Part shown: positions 50,571 to 61,064 of the stretch, one piece after another
How positions within the stretch are numbered: the first letter of the stretch is position 1
Layout: each line of letters begins with the position of its first letter
NCBI GenBank assembly: GCA_038242205.1
Contig: JBBSSI010000013.1
Location: 333-64,332 of the forward strand
Length of the DNA stretch: 64,000 nucleotides
DNA from: Lysobacterales bacterium
Lineage (GTDB): Bacteria; Pseudomonadota; Gammaproteobacteria; Xanthomonadales; Rhodanobacteraceae
Direction of reading: 5' to 3'
Made by a program: the position numbers and the translations under genes
The notes under the pieces: generated by a model
Database searches by the model: none
What the model saw: the letters and a program-made list of their open reading frames with translations, nothing else
What the model was told of the DNA's origin: nothing

Positions 50571-50839
50571 GTCGGTACGCTCACCGGCACCGGCAATGAC
50601 CCCAACTCCGTTCCGTCCGAATGCGCATCTCACCACGTGTTCGCGTTCAACGACTAAAATGATTTGTTCGTCGTGATTGACCAGCAGATGAACGCCGTGG
50701 TCGACGCGATTATGCTGCCAGGCAAGCGGCCGTTCGCCCGGGCCAACGGAGCCGGTCCTGTCTACGTGAACATTAAAGACAAGTCCGAACAGGCACGCAC
50801 CCGCGTCGGCCAGGTCGCCAGCCGTTATCATGGGCGACC

Positions 50840-51529
50840 ATGAATCTGCTTGCGCTGGAAACCACTACTGAAGCCTGCTCCGTGGCGCTGGTTCACGGCG
50901 ATCAGCTTTTAGTCCGCAGCCAGCTCGCACCGCGTAGGCACACCGAGCTGGTGTTGCCGATGGCTGACGAGTTGCTGGCCGAGGCGGGTATCAGCCGCCG
51001 CGCGCTGGACGCGATCGCTGTTGGCCGCGGGCCAGGCGCGTTCACCGGCGTGCGCATTGGCGTGGCGCTGGCGCAGGGCATGGCGCTGGCGCTGAATCTG
51101 CCCGTGGTCGCCGTGTCGTCACTGGCTGCGCTGGCGCTGGAAGCGGAGGCAGATGACGCGGCCATCCTGGCTGTGATCGACGCGCGCATGGGCGAGATCT
51201 ACGCCGCCAGTTATCGCCGCAATGCACAGGGCGGCCTGGACCAGCTGGTGCCCGAATGCGTGCTCAAGCCGGACCAGTTGCAATTGCTGCAAGCAGAGGA
51301 GTGGCGCGTGGTCGGCAGTGGCTGGAAAACGTATGCCGATGTGCTGCGTACACGACTGACCGGCACGCTGCGCGCTGCCGATGGCGAGCGTTACCCGCAG
51401 GCAGCGCGCGTGGCCGAGCTCGCGGTGCCCGAATTTCTCGCCGGCCACGCGGTTGCGGCCGAGTTGGCGTTGCCGGTGTATCTGCGTGACCACGTGGCGT
51501 TGACCCTGGCCGAGCAGAAACGCCGCTGA
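50840..51529 (+). CDS. tsaB: t6A biosynthesis protein TsaB
   Basis: LALETTTEACSVAL, GRGPGAFTGVRIG, IDARMGEIY, PVYLR. Confidence 0.95.
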   Translation: MNLLALETTTEACSVALVHGDQLLVRSQLAPRRHTELVLPMADELLAEAGISRRALDAIAVGRGPGAFTGVRIGVALAQGMALALNLPVVAVSSLAALALEAEADDAAILAVIDARMGEIYAASYRRNAQGGLDQLVPECVLKPDQLQLLQAEEWRVVGSGWKTYADVLRTRLTGTLRAADGERYPQAARVAELAVPEFLAGHAVAAELALPVYLRDHVALTLAEQKRR

Positions 51530-51555
51530 GGCCTGCGACCACCTGGCCGCCATGC

Positions 51556-52584
51556 CTACAGTTGCTGCATGACCACTTGCACGCCGAGGCTGCTGACCGC
51601 CACGGCGATCCACACCGCAAGCCCAAGCAGGATCGGCCGTGGACCGCTTGAAATCATTCGCCGGATATTGGCCGACAGGCCGATCGCGGCCAGCGCCACG
51701 ATGATCAAAAACTCTGCGCCGACGTGAAGCGCTGGCTGGATTGCCACCGGGATCAGGCCAACGGTGCGGATCGCCGAGGCCACGAGAAACCACAGGATGA
51801 ACCACGGAAAGATTTTCGACAGGCTGAAGTGCGCCGCGCTGCCGCTGGCTTGCAGCATGCGTTTTTCCCTCGCAGCTACGGCAAACGCCAGCACCAGGCA
51901 CACCGGAATGATCAGCGTGGCGCGCGTCAGCTTGACGATCGTGGCGTAATCTCCAGCCGCCTTGCTGTAGCTGTAGCCGGCAGCGACCACCGATGACGTA
52001 TCGTTGATGGCCGTGCCAGCCCACAGGCCGAAGCCCAGATCGGTCATGTGCATCAGGTGCCCGAGCAGCGGAAACACGAGCACGGCAATCACGTTGAACA
52101 GAAAGATGGTGGAGATCGCGAACGCCGTGTCGTGGTCGTCGGCGCTGATGATCGGCGTCGCGGCAGCTATCGCCGAACCTCCGCAGATCGCTGTGCCCAC
52201 TCCAATCAATATCGTCAGCTTGCCGTGCACGCCCAGCCAGCGTCCGAGCAGCCAGGCGACAAGGAAGGCGACCGTCATCGTTACCAGCGTCACTGACAAT
52301 GATTGCAATCCGGTCTTCGCCACCTGATCCAGGCTGAGCCCGAAGCCGAGCGCGATGATCGACCATTGCAGTACTTTCTTGCCGGCAAACGCGATGCCGG
52401 GGGCGCAGCGCTCCGGAGGTGTCAGCACATTGCGCACGATGATGCCGAGCACGATGCCGATGACCGGCCCGCCAATCAGCGGTGCGAAACGACCCAGGAT
52501 CAGCGCCACTACGCCGATTGCCAGCGCAAGCAGGAGCCCTGGTGCGAGCCGGCGTTTTGCCGAGTCAGCTGATGTTGATGACAT
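51556..52584 (-). CDS. YeiH/UPF0324 putative sulfate exporter
   Basis: GVGTAICGGSAIAA, GTAINDTSSVVAA, KLTR. Confidence 0.9.
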   Translation of the reverse strand: MSSTSADSAKRRLAPGLLLALAIGVVALILGRFAPLIGGPVIGIVLGIIVRNVLTPPERCAPGIAFAGKKVLQWSIIALGFGLSLDQVAKTGLQSLSVTLVTMTVAFLVAWLLGRWLGVHGKLTILIGVGTAICGGSAIAAATPIISADDHDTAFAISTIFLFNVIAVLVFPLLGHLMHMTDLGFGLWAGTAINDTSSVVAAGYSYSKAAGDYATIVKLTRATLIIPVCLVLAFAVAAREKRMLQASGSAAHFSLSKIFPWFILWFLVASAIRTVGLIPVAIQPALHVGAEFLIIVALAAIGLSANIRRMISSGPRPILLGLAVWIAVAVSSLGVQVVMQQL

Positions 52585-52670
52585 GTACGTCTCCGCAAGC
52601 CGCGCCATTGTGCACGACGCAGGCAATCATGAAAATCTGGAATGTCTGATCATTGCCATGCAACGGATGG

Positions 52671-53050
52671 ATGCAGAACTTCAGCTCGCGCCAGCTGGAA
52701 GTCTTCATGCATGAAGCTTTGCCCGCAAGTGTGCGTGCCGCGCCACGGCAGCTGCATTTGACGCAGCCGGCGGCCAGCATGGCACTGGCACGGATGGAAC
52801 CCTGGATGCTGAGCTGTGGATGAGCCAGCAGCAGGTCGAGGCGATCGAGCCGGCGATGGTCGCCCGCGTGGACATTGCCAGGATGTCAGCGGTGACAGTG
52901 ACCGATGCGTTGGCTGGTTCGCAGGCACGCGTTCACGGCGCCGTTTCCCGATAGGCGACGCAGGCTCTCGTCGTTGCTGCGCCGGCATGAGTGTCGCCGC
53001 GCGATGGTCCATATGTTTTTGCATGACATTGGGGACCAGCGCAGCGCGCC
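52671..53050 (+). pseudogene. LysR regulator (YeiE-like) remnant with internal deletion
   Basis: MQNFSSRQLEVF..SVRAAPRQLHLTQPAASMALARME, then a stop and a C-terminal-like fragment QVEAIEPAMVARVDIARM. Divergent from the yeiH-like gene. Confidence 0.7.
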
Positions 53051-53067
53051 TGCCCACGGCGGCCCCA

Positions 53068-54813
53068 TCAGACGTCTTTCAGCCCGTCGGTAATCTCGTG
53101 CAGCAGTGCTGCAACCGCTTCGTGCGTGGAAGCACGCAGCAAGCGTGGCGCGTGGCTGCGCAGGTTTGCCTGGTCGAGCGTGGCCAGATGGTCGCGCACG
53201 CGCAGGATTTGCCCCGGGTGCATGCTGAATTCGTGCAGTCCGAGCGCGAGCAGCAGCGCAGTAAATCCCGTGTCGCCGGCAATCTCACCGCACAGGCTCA
53301 CGGGTTTTCCTGCGCGGCGTCCGGAGCCGATAACGTACGAGAGCAGGCGCAACAGCGCTGGTTGCAGCGGCGTATAGATATTCTCCAATGCATCATTGTT
53401 GCGGTCGGCGGCAAGCGTGTATTGCGCCAGGTCATTCGTGCCGATCGCCAGGAAGTCCGCGTGCTCCAGCAGGGCGCGCACGTTGATGGCAGCGGCGGGT
53501 ACTTCAATCATCGCGCCCATCGGCAGGCGCTCCGGCAAGTCGACGTTTTCGCGTTTCAGATCCTGCCGCGCCAGGTTGAACAGGGTGCGCACGGCAATGA
53601 GTTCATCAGGCTGCGTCACCATGGGCACCAGCACGCGGACCGGACCGTAGCAAGCTGCGCGCAGGATGGCGCGAATCTGCGTGGAAAACACCGCCGGGTA
53701 ATGCAGGGACAGGCGCACGCCGCGCACGCCCAGCGCCGGATTGGCTTCGCCGCGCATGGCCAGCCCAGCCGCGTCAGCCTTGTCCGCGCCCAGATCCAGC
53801 GTGCGTATTGTCACCGGCGCACCGCCCATGCCCAGCACCAGATCGCGATAGGCCCGGAACTGTTCCTCCTCCGATGGCGGATGCTTGCGCTTGAGAAACA
53901 GCAGCTCGGTCCGGTGTAGCCCAATACCGTCCGCGCCGCGCTCGCGCGCCAGTGCCACGTCGGCAGAGGACTCGGCGTTGGCAAACAGGCGAATGCCCAC
54001 GCCATCGCGGGTAAGTGTGGGTGCGTTGGCCAGCATGGCCAGGCGCCGACCCTCCAGCGCCGCTTCGCGCTGCCAGGCGCGATAAAGCCCCAGGTCTTGC
54101 GCGGTCGGATGCACGACCGCTTCGCCGCGTTCGGCATCAAGCAGGATCAGGTCGTCGTCGCGGATACTGGACAGCGCATCGCGCGCTCCCACCAGCATCG
54201 GCAGGCCCAGACTGCGCGCCAGGATCGCGCTGTGCGAGTACACGCTGCCCGAGCTGGCGATCACGCCGAGCAAGCCGTTGCCGGCCAGCTGCGCCATGTC
54301 GGCTGGGGCGATCGAGTCGGCAACCAGAATTTCACCCACGCGCGCGGCCAGCTTGCGCTCCTCCGGGCTGGTCTGGCGTTGCAAGGCGGAGATCACCCGG
54401 TTGATGACTTGTTCGACATCTTCCTTGCGGCTGCGCAGATACGGATCGTCCATGGCGTCAAACACCGCCGCCAGGCGGTCACGCTGTTTCTTCAAGGCCG
54501 CGCTGGGGCGGTGGCGACCAACGCGCACCATCTCCTCCAGCCCGCGCAGCAGCTCGGCGTCATCCAGCAGCAGACTGTGCGCGTCGATGAACTCGTTGAC
54601 CTCGCGAGCGAGCGCGCCTTGCAGTTTGTCGCGCAGATCGCGCAATTCCTGACGCGCGGTTTCCAGCGCGCGATTGAGTCGCTGCAGCTCATCGTCGATT
54701 TCACTTTCAGCCACCGGACGCGTGTCGATCGTGAAGCGGCTGGGCTGCACCAGCCGCGCGCGTCCCAGAGCCATGCCGTGCCCGGCGACGGTGCCCACCA
54801 GTACTTGCCTCAT
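53068..54813 (-). CDS. ptsI: PTS enzyme I
   Basis: SHSAILARS phospho-His, RTLDLGADK, NPALGVRG, GTNDL, CGE. Confidence 0.93.
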   Translation of the reverse strand: MRQVLVGTVAGHGMALGRARLVQPSRFTIDTRPVAESEIDDELQRLNRALETARQELRDLRDKLQGALAREVNEFIDAHSLLLDDAELLRGLEEMVRVGRHRPSAALKKQRDRLAAVFDAMDDPYLRSRKEDVEQVINRVISALQRQTSPEERKLAARVGEILVADSIAPADMAQLAGNGLLGVIASSGSVYSHSAILARSLGLPMLVGARDALSSIRDDDLILLDAERGEAVVHPTAQDLGLYRAWQREAALEGRRLAMLANAPTLTRDGVGIRLFANAESSADVALARERGADGIGLHRTELLFLKRKHPPSEEEQFRAYRDLVLGMGGAPVTIRTLDLGADKADAAGLAMRGEANPALGVRGVRLSLHYPAVFSTQIRAILRAACYGPVRVLVPMVTQPDELIAVRTLFNLARQDLKRENVDLPERLPMGAMIEVPAAAINVRALLEHADFLAIGTNDLAQYTLAADRNNDALENIYTPLQPALLRLLSYVIGSGRRAGKPVSLCGEIAGDTGFTALLLALGLHEFSMHPGQILRVRDHLATLDQANLRSHAPRLLRASTHEAVAALLHEITDGLKDV

Positions 54814-54919
54814 GCTGCACTCCGTAGCTTCGCGCCACGCGCTGCCAGGCGCACCGCCGATGCGCTGCGCAGCACCCTTGCCGATAGCCCGACCGTGACG
54901 CTTGCAGTACTTCGCATGC

Positions 54920-55189
54920 TCATGCGCCTTCGTCGAATTTGCGCGCAAACAGTTCGACTACGGCTTGCAGCGCGGCGGCTTCGTCCGCGCCGTCAGCGCG
55001 CACGGTGAGCGGCGTGCCCAGGCCGGCAGCCAGCATCATCACGCCCATGATGCTTTGCGCGTTGACCTCGCGCGTATTGCTGACAAGCCAGACCGTGGAT
55101 TTGAATCCACGCAGCAGTTGCACCAGTTTGGCGGAAGCGCGCGCGTGCAAGCCGAGCCGGTTGCTGACGACAATCTGCTGCTCAAGCAT
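54920..55189 (-). CDS. ptsH: HPr/NPr phosphocarrier
   Basis: GLHARAS and NAQSIMGVMML. Confidence 0.9.
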   Translation of the reverse strand: MLEQQIVVSNRLGLHARASAKLVQLLRGFKSTVWLVSNTREVNAQSIMGVMMLAAGLGTPLTVRADGADEAAALQAVVELFARKFDEGA

Positions 55190-55574
55190 GGTCGATGAAG
55201 ATCCCGCCACGGCCACCGCTGGCCGCTATTTGTGCCAGTTCATCCAATGGCTGCTCCGGATAATTGAGCACGCGCAGCAGCATCGGCAGGTTGAGGCCGG
55301 ACACACAGCGCAGATGCACGCCCAGATCGGCCAGGGACAATCCGATGTTGCACGGCGTGGCACCGTAAAGGTCAGCCAGCACCAGCACGCCGTCGCCTTG
55401 ATCCAGCTCGCGGGCGTGGCGTGCAGTGAGCGTGCGCATGACGTCGGGATCCGAGTCCGGCGGAATCTCCACGGCGTTAACGCCCATCGGCAGTTTGGGC
55501 ATCACATGGCGCGCCGCGCTGATCAAAGCCTGGCCGACAGCCTCGTGGGTCATCAGCAATACGCCGACGGTCAC
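55182..55574 (-). CDS. PTS mannose/fructose-type EIIA
   Basis: LLMTHE, DLYGATPCN, GLNLPML. Confidence 0.9.
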   Translation of the reverse strand: MTVGVLLMTHEAVGQALISAARHVMPKLPMGVNAVEIPPDSDPDVMRTLTARHARELDQGDGVLVLADLYGATPCNIGLSLADLGVHLRCVSGLNLPMLLRVLNYPEQPLDELAQIAASGGRGGIFIDHA

Positions 55575-55614
55575 GGTCGTCGTTCTGCGTGGGACGAAAA
55601 CGGGTGCATGTGGG

Positions 55615-56520
55615 TCACTCCAGCTCGCGGTGAAAGGTGAGTACGCCGTCGCGCTTGTCGCGGTAATAGGCGGCCAGTTTCTCCACCAGGTAGACCGAGC
55701 GGTGCCGGCCGCCGGTGCAACCGATGGAGATTGTCAGATAACTGCGATCGTCCGCCTCGAAACGCGGCAGCCATGCATCCAGCCAGTGCGCCGTGTCGGC
55801 AAAGAACTCCGCGACGAGCGCCTCGGCGTCGAGAAACGCCCGCACCGGCGCGTCCTTGCCCGACAGCGGGCGCAGGTGCGGCAACCAGTGTGGATTGGGC
55901 AGGCAGCGCGCATCAAACACAAAGTCGGCGTCCGACGGCAGGCCGCGGCGAAAAGCGAACGACTGGAACATCAGGGTCAGGCCCGCGGTCGCCTCGGCGT
56001 AGCCTGTGGCTACCAGCCGGCGCAGCTGGTGCACGTTGAGATCGCTGGAGTCAATCACCTTTTCCGCTATGGCCATCATCGGGCGCAGCAGCTTGCGCTC
56101 CGCGGCGATGGCATCGCCCAGGGACATGCCGTGACCGACCAGCGGGTGCCGGCGACGCGTTTCCGAGTAGCGTTTGATCAGCACCGCGTCGCTGCAGTCG
56201 AGAAAGATCATGTGCACCTGCACGCCGGCTGCGGCCATGTCTGACAACACGCTCGGCATCTGGTCCAGATCGGTGCCGCGGTTGCGGATGTCCACGCCGA
56301 CCGCGATGCGTCGATGCGTGTCCTGTCCGCCATGCACGACTGCGTTGACCAGGTGCGGCAACAGCGCGCAGGGCAGGTTGTCGACACAGTAGAACTCGAG
56401 ATCCTCCAGTGCGCGCAGCGCCACGGTCTTGCCGCCGCCGGACATGCCGGTGAGCACGATCAAGTGGATGTCACCCGGATCGAGCAACGGGTTGAGCAGC
56501 GGCGTAGTTTCGTCCTGCAT
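55615..56520 (-). CDS. rapZ: RNase adapter RapZ
   Basis: GMSGGGKT, YCVDNLP, GCTGGRHRS, HRE. Confidence 0.93.
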   Translation of the reverse strand: MQDETTPLLNPLLDPGDIHLIVLTGMSGGGKTVALRALEDLEFYCVDNLPCALLPHLVNAVVHGGQDTHRRIAVGVDIRNRGTDLDQMPSVLSDMAAAGVQVHMIFLDCSDAVLIKRYSETRRRHPLVGHGMSLGDAIAAERKLLRPMMAIAEKVIDSSDLNVHQLRRLVATGYAEATAGLTLMFQSFAFRRGLPSDADFVFDARCLPNPHWLPHLRPLSGKDAPVRAFLDAEALVAEFFADTAHWLDAWLPRFEADDRSYLTISIGCTGGRHRSVYLVEKLAAYYRDKRDGVLTFHRELE

Positions 56521-56525
56521 GGGCG

Positions 56526-57482
56526 TCACCATGGGGGCAGTCGACGCAGCTGGTGCGCCTGGCGGTCGATGAAGGTTTGCGCCGGATCGATGCCCTGACT
56601 CTTCAGCCCGTGGCTGCGCACGGCGGTCTCCACCAGCACCGCAAGGTTGCGCCCGGTTGCGACTGGAATCGTGATCATGGGCATGGCGACGTCCAGAACC
56701 TGCTTGTGCCCCACATCGCCGGTGAAGCGCGTCATGGCGTCCGCATCGGCTTCCTCTTCATCGCGCATGGGTTTGAGATGGATGACGAGCCGCAAGTATT
56801 TGGACGTCTTTACTGACATGTGGCCAAACATTTCGCGGACGTTGAGCACGCCCAATCCCCGTACTTCCAGCAAATCCTGCAAGAGTTCGGGGCAGGCGCC
56901 ATCGATGACGTCTGGTGCAATCAGGGTAAACTCGGTGGCGTCATCTGCCACCAGCCGATGGCCTCGCGTGATCAGCTCAAGCGCCAGTTCGCTCTTGCCC
57001 GATCCGGCGTCGCCGGTGATCAGCACGCCGATGGAAAACACTTCCAGGAATACCCCGTGCAGCGTGACTTTCGCCGCCAGCTGGCGCGACAGATGGTATT
57101 GCAGGTAAGTGAGCAGCTCGTGCCCGCGCTTGGCACTGGTCCATAGCGGGGTGTCAGTTTCCTCGGCTACTTCGCGCAGGTCGGCGGGGATCGGCTGGTC
57201 CTTGGTGACCACCAGTGCTACCGGCTGGTAGGCGGCAATCTTGTGCATCACTTCCCAGCGCTGGCGCGAATCCAGACCGTCGAGGAAATTCAGTTCTTCG
57301 GACCCGATGATCTGGATCTTGTTCGGGTAAATGACGTTGAGATAACCGATCAGCGACGGTCGGCGGGCTTGTGCCACCCCCGGCTCGAGCGTGCGCGCTT
57401 CGCCACGCATGCCGGAGACCCAGCGCAGGGCCATGCGCTCGTGGACGCCGTCATACAGCTGCCGCGCACTGATCCGATCCAA
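56526..57482 (-). CDS. hprK: HPr kinase/phosphorylase
   Basis: [35 protein letters not shown] start. Confidence 0.93.
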   Translation of the reverse strand: MDRISARQLYDGVHERMALRWVSGMRGEARTLEPGVAQARRPSLIGYLNVIYPNKIQIIGSEELNFLDGLDSRQRWEVMHKIAAYQPVALVVTKDQPIPADLREVAEETDTPLWTSAKRGHELLTYLQYHLSRQLAAKVTLHGVFLEVFSIGVLITGDAGSGKSELALELITRGHRLVADDATEFTLIAPDVIDGACPELLQDLLEVRGLGVLNVREMFGHMSVKTSKYLRLVIHLKPMRDEEEADADAMTRFTGDVGHKQVLDVAMPMITIPVATGRNLAVLVETAVRSHGLKSQGIDPAQTFIDRQAHQLRRLPPW

Positions 57483-57594
57483 GCGTCACTCTCCACGGTT
57501 GCATGCCCGGGGTCCCGGGCATGCTGCGGCCATTGTGCCAGCTTGAACGCGGCGGCGTCGGGCGCGGGCGAGTGAGCGGGCCGCCGACGCTGGG

Positions 57595-57623
57595 AAAAAA
57601 ACGGCCCGCTGGTTGGCGGGCCG
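57595..57623 (-). terminator. Rho-independent terminator after hpf
   Basis: Minus-strand hairpin CGGCCCGC-caacca-GCGGGCCG followed by T7. Confidence 0.75.
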
Positions 57624-57648
57624 CAGGTTGCCGCACGTTGAAGTTGAA

Positions 57649-57972
57649 TCAGCCGTACTGACGCTCCTGACGTGCCTGGCGTTGGTGCTTGTCGCTGGCC
57701 TTGTCGCGATGTTTGCGCAGCTGAGCGGTCAGTTTGTCAAACAACACGTCGATCGAAACGTACATGTCCGACTCGGTCGCTTCGGCGTGGAGCACGGCGC
57801 CGTTCGTGGTCAATGTGCCATCCGCGCGCTGGCGCAGGCTGTCGATGGACAGTACGACGGCAACGCTGATCAGCTTGTCGTCGAGTCGGGTCAAGCGGTC
57901 AAGCTTGCTGGTCGCGTGATTGCGCAAGGCCGGGGTAACTACGATCTGCTGTCCGCTGAGTTGGAATTGCAT
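57649..57972 (-). CDS. hpf: Ribosome hibernation promoting factor
   Basis: MQFQLSGQQIVVTPALR..DMYVSID..QLRKHRDK, downstream of rpoN. Confidence 0.9.
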   Translation of the reverse strand: MQFQLSGQQIVVTPALRNHATSKLDRLTRLDDKLISVAVVLSIDSLRQRADGTLTTNGAVLHAEATESDMYVSIDVLFDKLTAQLRKHRDKASDKHQRQARQERQYG

Positions 57973-58131
57973 GGAGGCGCCTCCTCGTGGTGCTGCAGTG
58001 CCGCATTGCGCGGCGGGCGTGATATGCGTCGAGATCTGCTCGGTGCGTATCACCAAATCTCAAATCACTTTCTACAGTAGTGGGAACCCTTTTATCACTT
58101 GCAAGTTCCCTTGATGTGATTTCCCTGTTCG

Positions 58132-59598
58132 TCAGCGCGCACGCTGGCGCTCGCTGGAACTGGGAATACGCAGGCCTTCCCGGTACTTGGCAACAGTGCG
58201 CCGGGCAACCTGGATGCCTTTGCCCTGCAATACTTCGGCGATGGCCTGGTCGGACAGTGGCTTGCGCGCGTCCTCGGCGTCGATCAACTTGCGCAGCATG
58301 GCCTGGATGGCGGTGGCCGATGCACTGCCGCCGTCCTCGGTGGACACGCCGCTGGAAAAAAAATACTTCAATTCGAAAGTACCGCGCGGGGTATGCAGGT
58401 ATTTGCGCGTTGTCACGCGGGAAATCGTCGATTCATGCATGCCGACTTCCTCCGCTACCTCGCGCAGCACCAGTGGATGCATGGCTTCGGGGCCGTAGTC
58501 GAGAAATGCGCTTTGCCGGCGCACGATCGAGTTGGCCACCTTGAGCAGCGTCTCGGCGCGCGATTCCAGGCTTTTGATCAACCAGCGCGCTTCCTGCAAC
58601 TGCCCACGCATCCAGCTGGCGTCGTCGCCACGCGCCTTGGCGATCAAGCCGCAATAGTGCTGGTTCAGTCCCAGCCGCGGCTGGCAATCAGCGTTCAGGC
58701 TGACGTGCCAGCGGTTGCCGGCTTTGATCGCATACACGTCCGGCGCTATGTACTCGACCGGCGTCGCGTCCAGCGCCGCTCCGGGCCGCGGATCGAGGCT
58801 GCGGATCAGCAGGGCGGCCGTGGTGGTGTCTTCCTCGCTGGCGCGCAGATGCCGGGCCAGGCGGGCAATGTCGTTGCGAGCGAGCAGCTCCAGCTCCGTG
58901 TCGACCATGCGCAGCGCCAGCTCGCGTTGCGCGGTAGCCGGGTCGAGCTGTTCCAGCTGCACGTGCAGGCAATCGCGCAGGTCCAGGCTGCCGACGCCGG
59001 AGGGGTCGAAACCCTGCAGGCAACGGCGCACCGCTTCCACTTCGGCCGTGCACGCGTTGAGATCAGCCGGCAGCGCCGCGAGCACCGATTCCACGCCTTC
59101 GACCAGATAGCCGGCCGGGCTCAGGCCATCGATCATGACCGTGGCGATGGCGTGCTGGCGCGGGTTGAACGAGGCCATGTTGAGCTGCCACAGCAGATGC
59201 TGCTGCAGCGACTCCGGCGCAGCGTTTTGCGGCTCGAAATCCTCGTCGCCGCGCGACGCGGAACTGCTGCTGGCCGAACTGCTGCGGGAAAAATCAATCG
59301 GGGTTTCGGCGCTTGCGCCGCTGTCCGCCCATTCGGCGCTGTCATCGCGCTCGCTGTCGCCGTCGATGTCCGAACTGCCGCTGCTGGCGGAAGGGTCTGC
59401 GTACTCCTCGACTGCCCCGTCGGCGGTTTCGCTGTCCTCGCTATCCTCGGCGAATTCCAGCAGCGGATTGCTCTCGGCGATGAGGCGCAACTCCACTTCC
59501 AGTTCCAACTGCGACAGCTGCAACAATCTGATCGCCTGCTGCAATTGCGGCGTCAGGGTCAGTTGCTGGTGCAGTCGAAACTGTAGTGCGGGTTTCAT
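58132..59598 (-). CDS. rpoN: Sigma-54
   Basis: LTPQLQQAIRLLQLS, HESTISR and the RpoN box ARRTVAKYRE. Confidence 0.97.
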   Translation of the reverse strand: MKPALQFRLHQQLTLTPQLQQAIRLLQLSQLELEVELRLIAESNPLLEFAEDSEDSETADGAVEEYADPSASSGSSDIDGDSERDDSAEWADSGASAETPIDFSRSSSASSSSASRGDEDFEPQNAAPESLQQHLLWQLNMASFNPRQHAIATVMIDGLSPAGYLVEGVESVLAALPADLNACTAEVEAVRRCLQGFDPSGVGSLDLRDCLHVQLEQLDPATAQRELALRMVDTELELLARNDIARLARHLRASEEDTTTAALLIRSLDPRPGAALDATPVEYIAPDVYAIKAGNRWHVSLNADCQPRLGLNQHYCGLIAKARGDDASWMRGQLQEARWLIKSLESRAETLLKVANSIVRRQSAFLDYGPEAMHPLVLREVAEEVGMHESTISRVTTRKYLHTPRGTFELKYFFSSGVSTEDGGSASATAIQAMLRKLIDAEDARKPLSDQAIAEVLQGKGIQVARRTVAKYREGLRIPSSSERQRAR

Positions 59599-59708
59599 GC
59601 CTGGAGGTCGAGGGAGCCTGCAGCCATCCTAACCCGTGCTTGCGATGGCGACCATAGGCCGCGCGGCCCCGTGCAATGCGCCGGCGCATAGCGTCTTGGT
59701 CTTCCCGG

Positions 59709-60428
59709 TTACAGACGAAACTCGTGGCCCAGATAAACTTCGCGCACCTGCGCATCGGCCAGCAGGTGCGCTGGCGTACCCCGGGCAAGCACAGCGCCCT
59801 CGTTGAGGATGTACGCGCGGTCGCAGATGCCCAGCGTCTCGCGCACGTTGTGGTCGGTGATCAGCACGCCAATGCCGCGGTCACGCAGGTGGCGCACGAT
59901 GCGCTGGATCTCGCCCACGGAAATGGGATCAACCCCGGCAAAAGGTTCATCCAGCAGCATGTAGCGCGGCTTGGATGCCAGCGCGCGGGCGATCTCCACC
60001 CGCCGCCGTTCGCCACCGGACAACGTGACGCCCTTCTGCCCGGCGATATGCGCAATCTTCAGCTCATCCAGCAGGCCTTCCTGCTCTTCCAGCCTTTGCT
60101 GGCGGGTTAGCCCCTGGCGCAACTCCAGCACGGCCATGACGTTGTCGGCGACGCTGAGCCGGCGAAAGACCGAGGCTTCCTGCGGCAGGTAGCCGATTCC
60201 CAGGCGCGCGCGCGTATGCATGGGCAGATTGGTGATGTCCCGCTTGTCCAGCATGATCTTGCCGGCATCGGCCGCAATCAAGCCGACCACCATGTAAAAG
60301 CACGTGGTCTTGCCCGCGCCATTGGGGCCAAGCAGGCCGATAACTTCACCCTCGCGGATGGAAAACGCAAAGTCACGCACGACGTGTCGCGTGTGGAAAC
60401 TCTTCTGCAAGCCCTGGGCTGACAACAT
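59709..60428 (-). CDS. lptB: LPS export ATPase
   Basis: [36 protein letters not shown]. Confidence 0.96.
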   Translation of the reverse strand: MLSAQGLQKSFHTRHVVRDFAFSIREGEVIGLLGPNGAGKTTCFYMVVGLIAADAGKIMLDKRDITNLPMHTRARLGIGYLPQEASVFRRLSVADNVMAVLELRQGLTRQQRLEEQEGLLDELKIAHIAGQKGVTLSGGERRRVEIARALASKPRYMLLDEPFAGVDPISVGEIQRIVRHLRDRGIGVLITDHNVRETLGICDRAYILNEGAVLARGTPAHLLADAQVREVYLGHEFRL

Positions 60429-60431
60429 GGG

Positions 60432-61064
60432 CTATGGCTGATCGCGGGCGGGTGGCTGTGCGCTTTGCGCAGGTGCGGGCACAGGTGCGGGCGCGGGTTG
60501 GACTGTGGCCGGCGTGGCTGCTGGCGCACCCGCCGCGGCGGGGTTTGGCTTGGGCAGAAAGGTCATGTGCACCATGCCGTCGCCGGCACTGTCGCCGGTC
60601 ATCTGGCTGGTCTGTGTGTTGTAGGTGAGCTTGTCACCGCGGGCTTCGCCGCGGCCCTTCTGGGTGACCACCGCGTTGCCCGAAAGCACCGCAATGCCGT
60701 TGACGTTGTCGTAGTCAATGCTGGCAGCGTTGCCCTGCATCAAATTGCCGCTGTCATCAAGCTGCTCGATATGCGCCGGGCCGCTGACGATGACCACGCG
60801 GCTGATCTGCGAATTGGCGTCGAAGTACACCTTGGCCTGTTCGCCCGTTGCCTTGAGCGTGCCTTGGGTGATGACGACGTTGCCTTGCAGCGTGCTGACG
60901 CTGTCCGGTTTTTGAAAGCCATCGAAGCTCTTGGCATTCACCTGCATAGGCTGCGAGCGATCACTTTGCTTGGCGGACGCCGGCGCGAGCGCGAGCAGGC
61001 CTAGCGCGAGCCAGGCGAGCCTAGTGCTTGCGCTGACGCGGCGGGAACGTGGCGTGGACGTCAT
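60432..61064 (-). CDS. lptA: LPS transport protein LptA
   Basis: SDRSQPM, GNVVITQGT, and operon position. Confidence 0.9.
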   Translation of the reverse strand: MTSTPRSRRVSASTRLAWLALGLLALAPASAKQSDRSQPMQVNAKSFDGFQKPDSVSTLQGNVVITQGTLKATGEQAKVYFDANSQISRVVIVSGPAHIEQLDDSGNLMQGNAASIDYDNVNGIAVLSGNAVVTQKGRGEARGDKLTYNTQTSQMTGDSAGDGMVHMTFLPKPNPAAAGAPAATPATVQPAPAPVPAPAQSAQPPARDQP

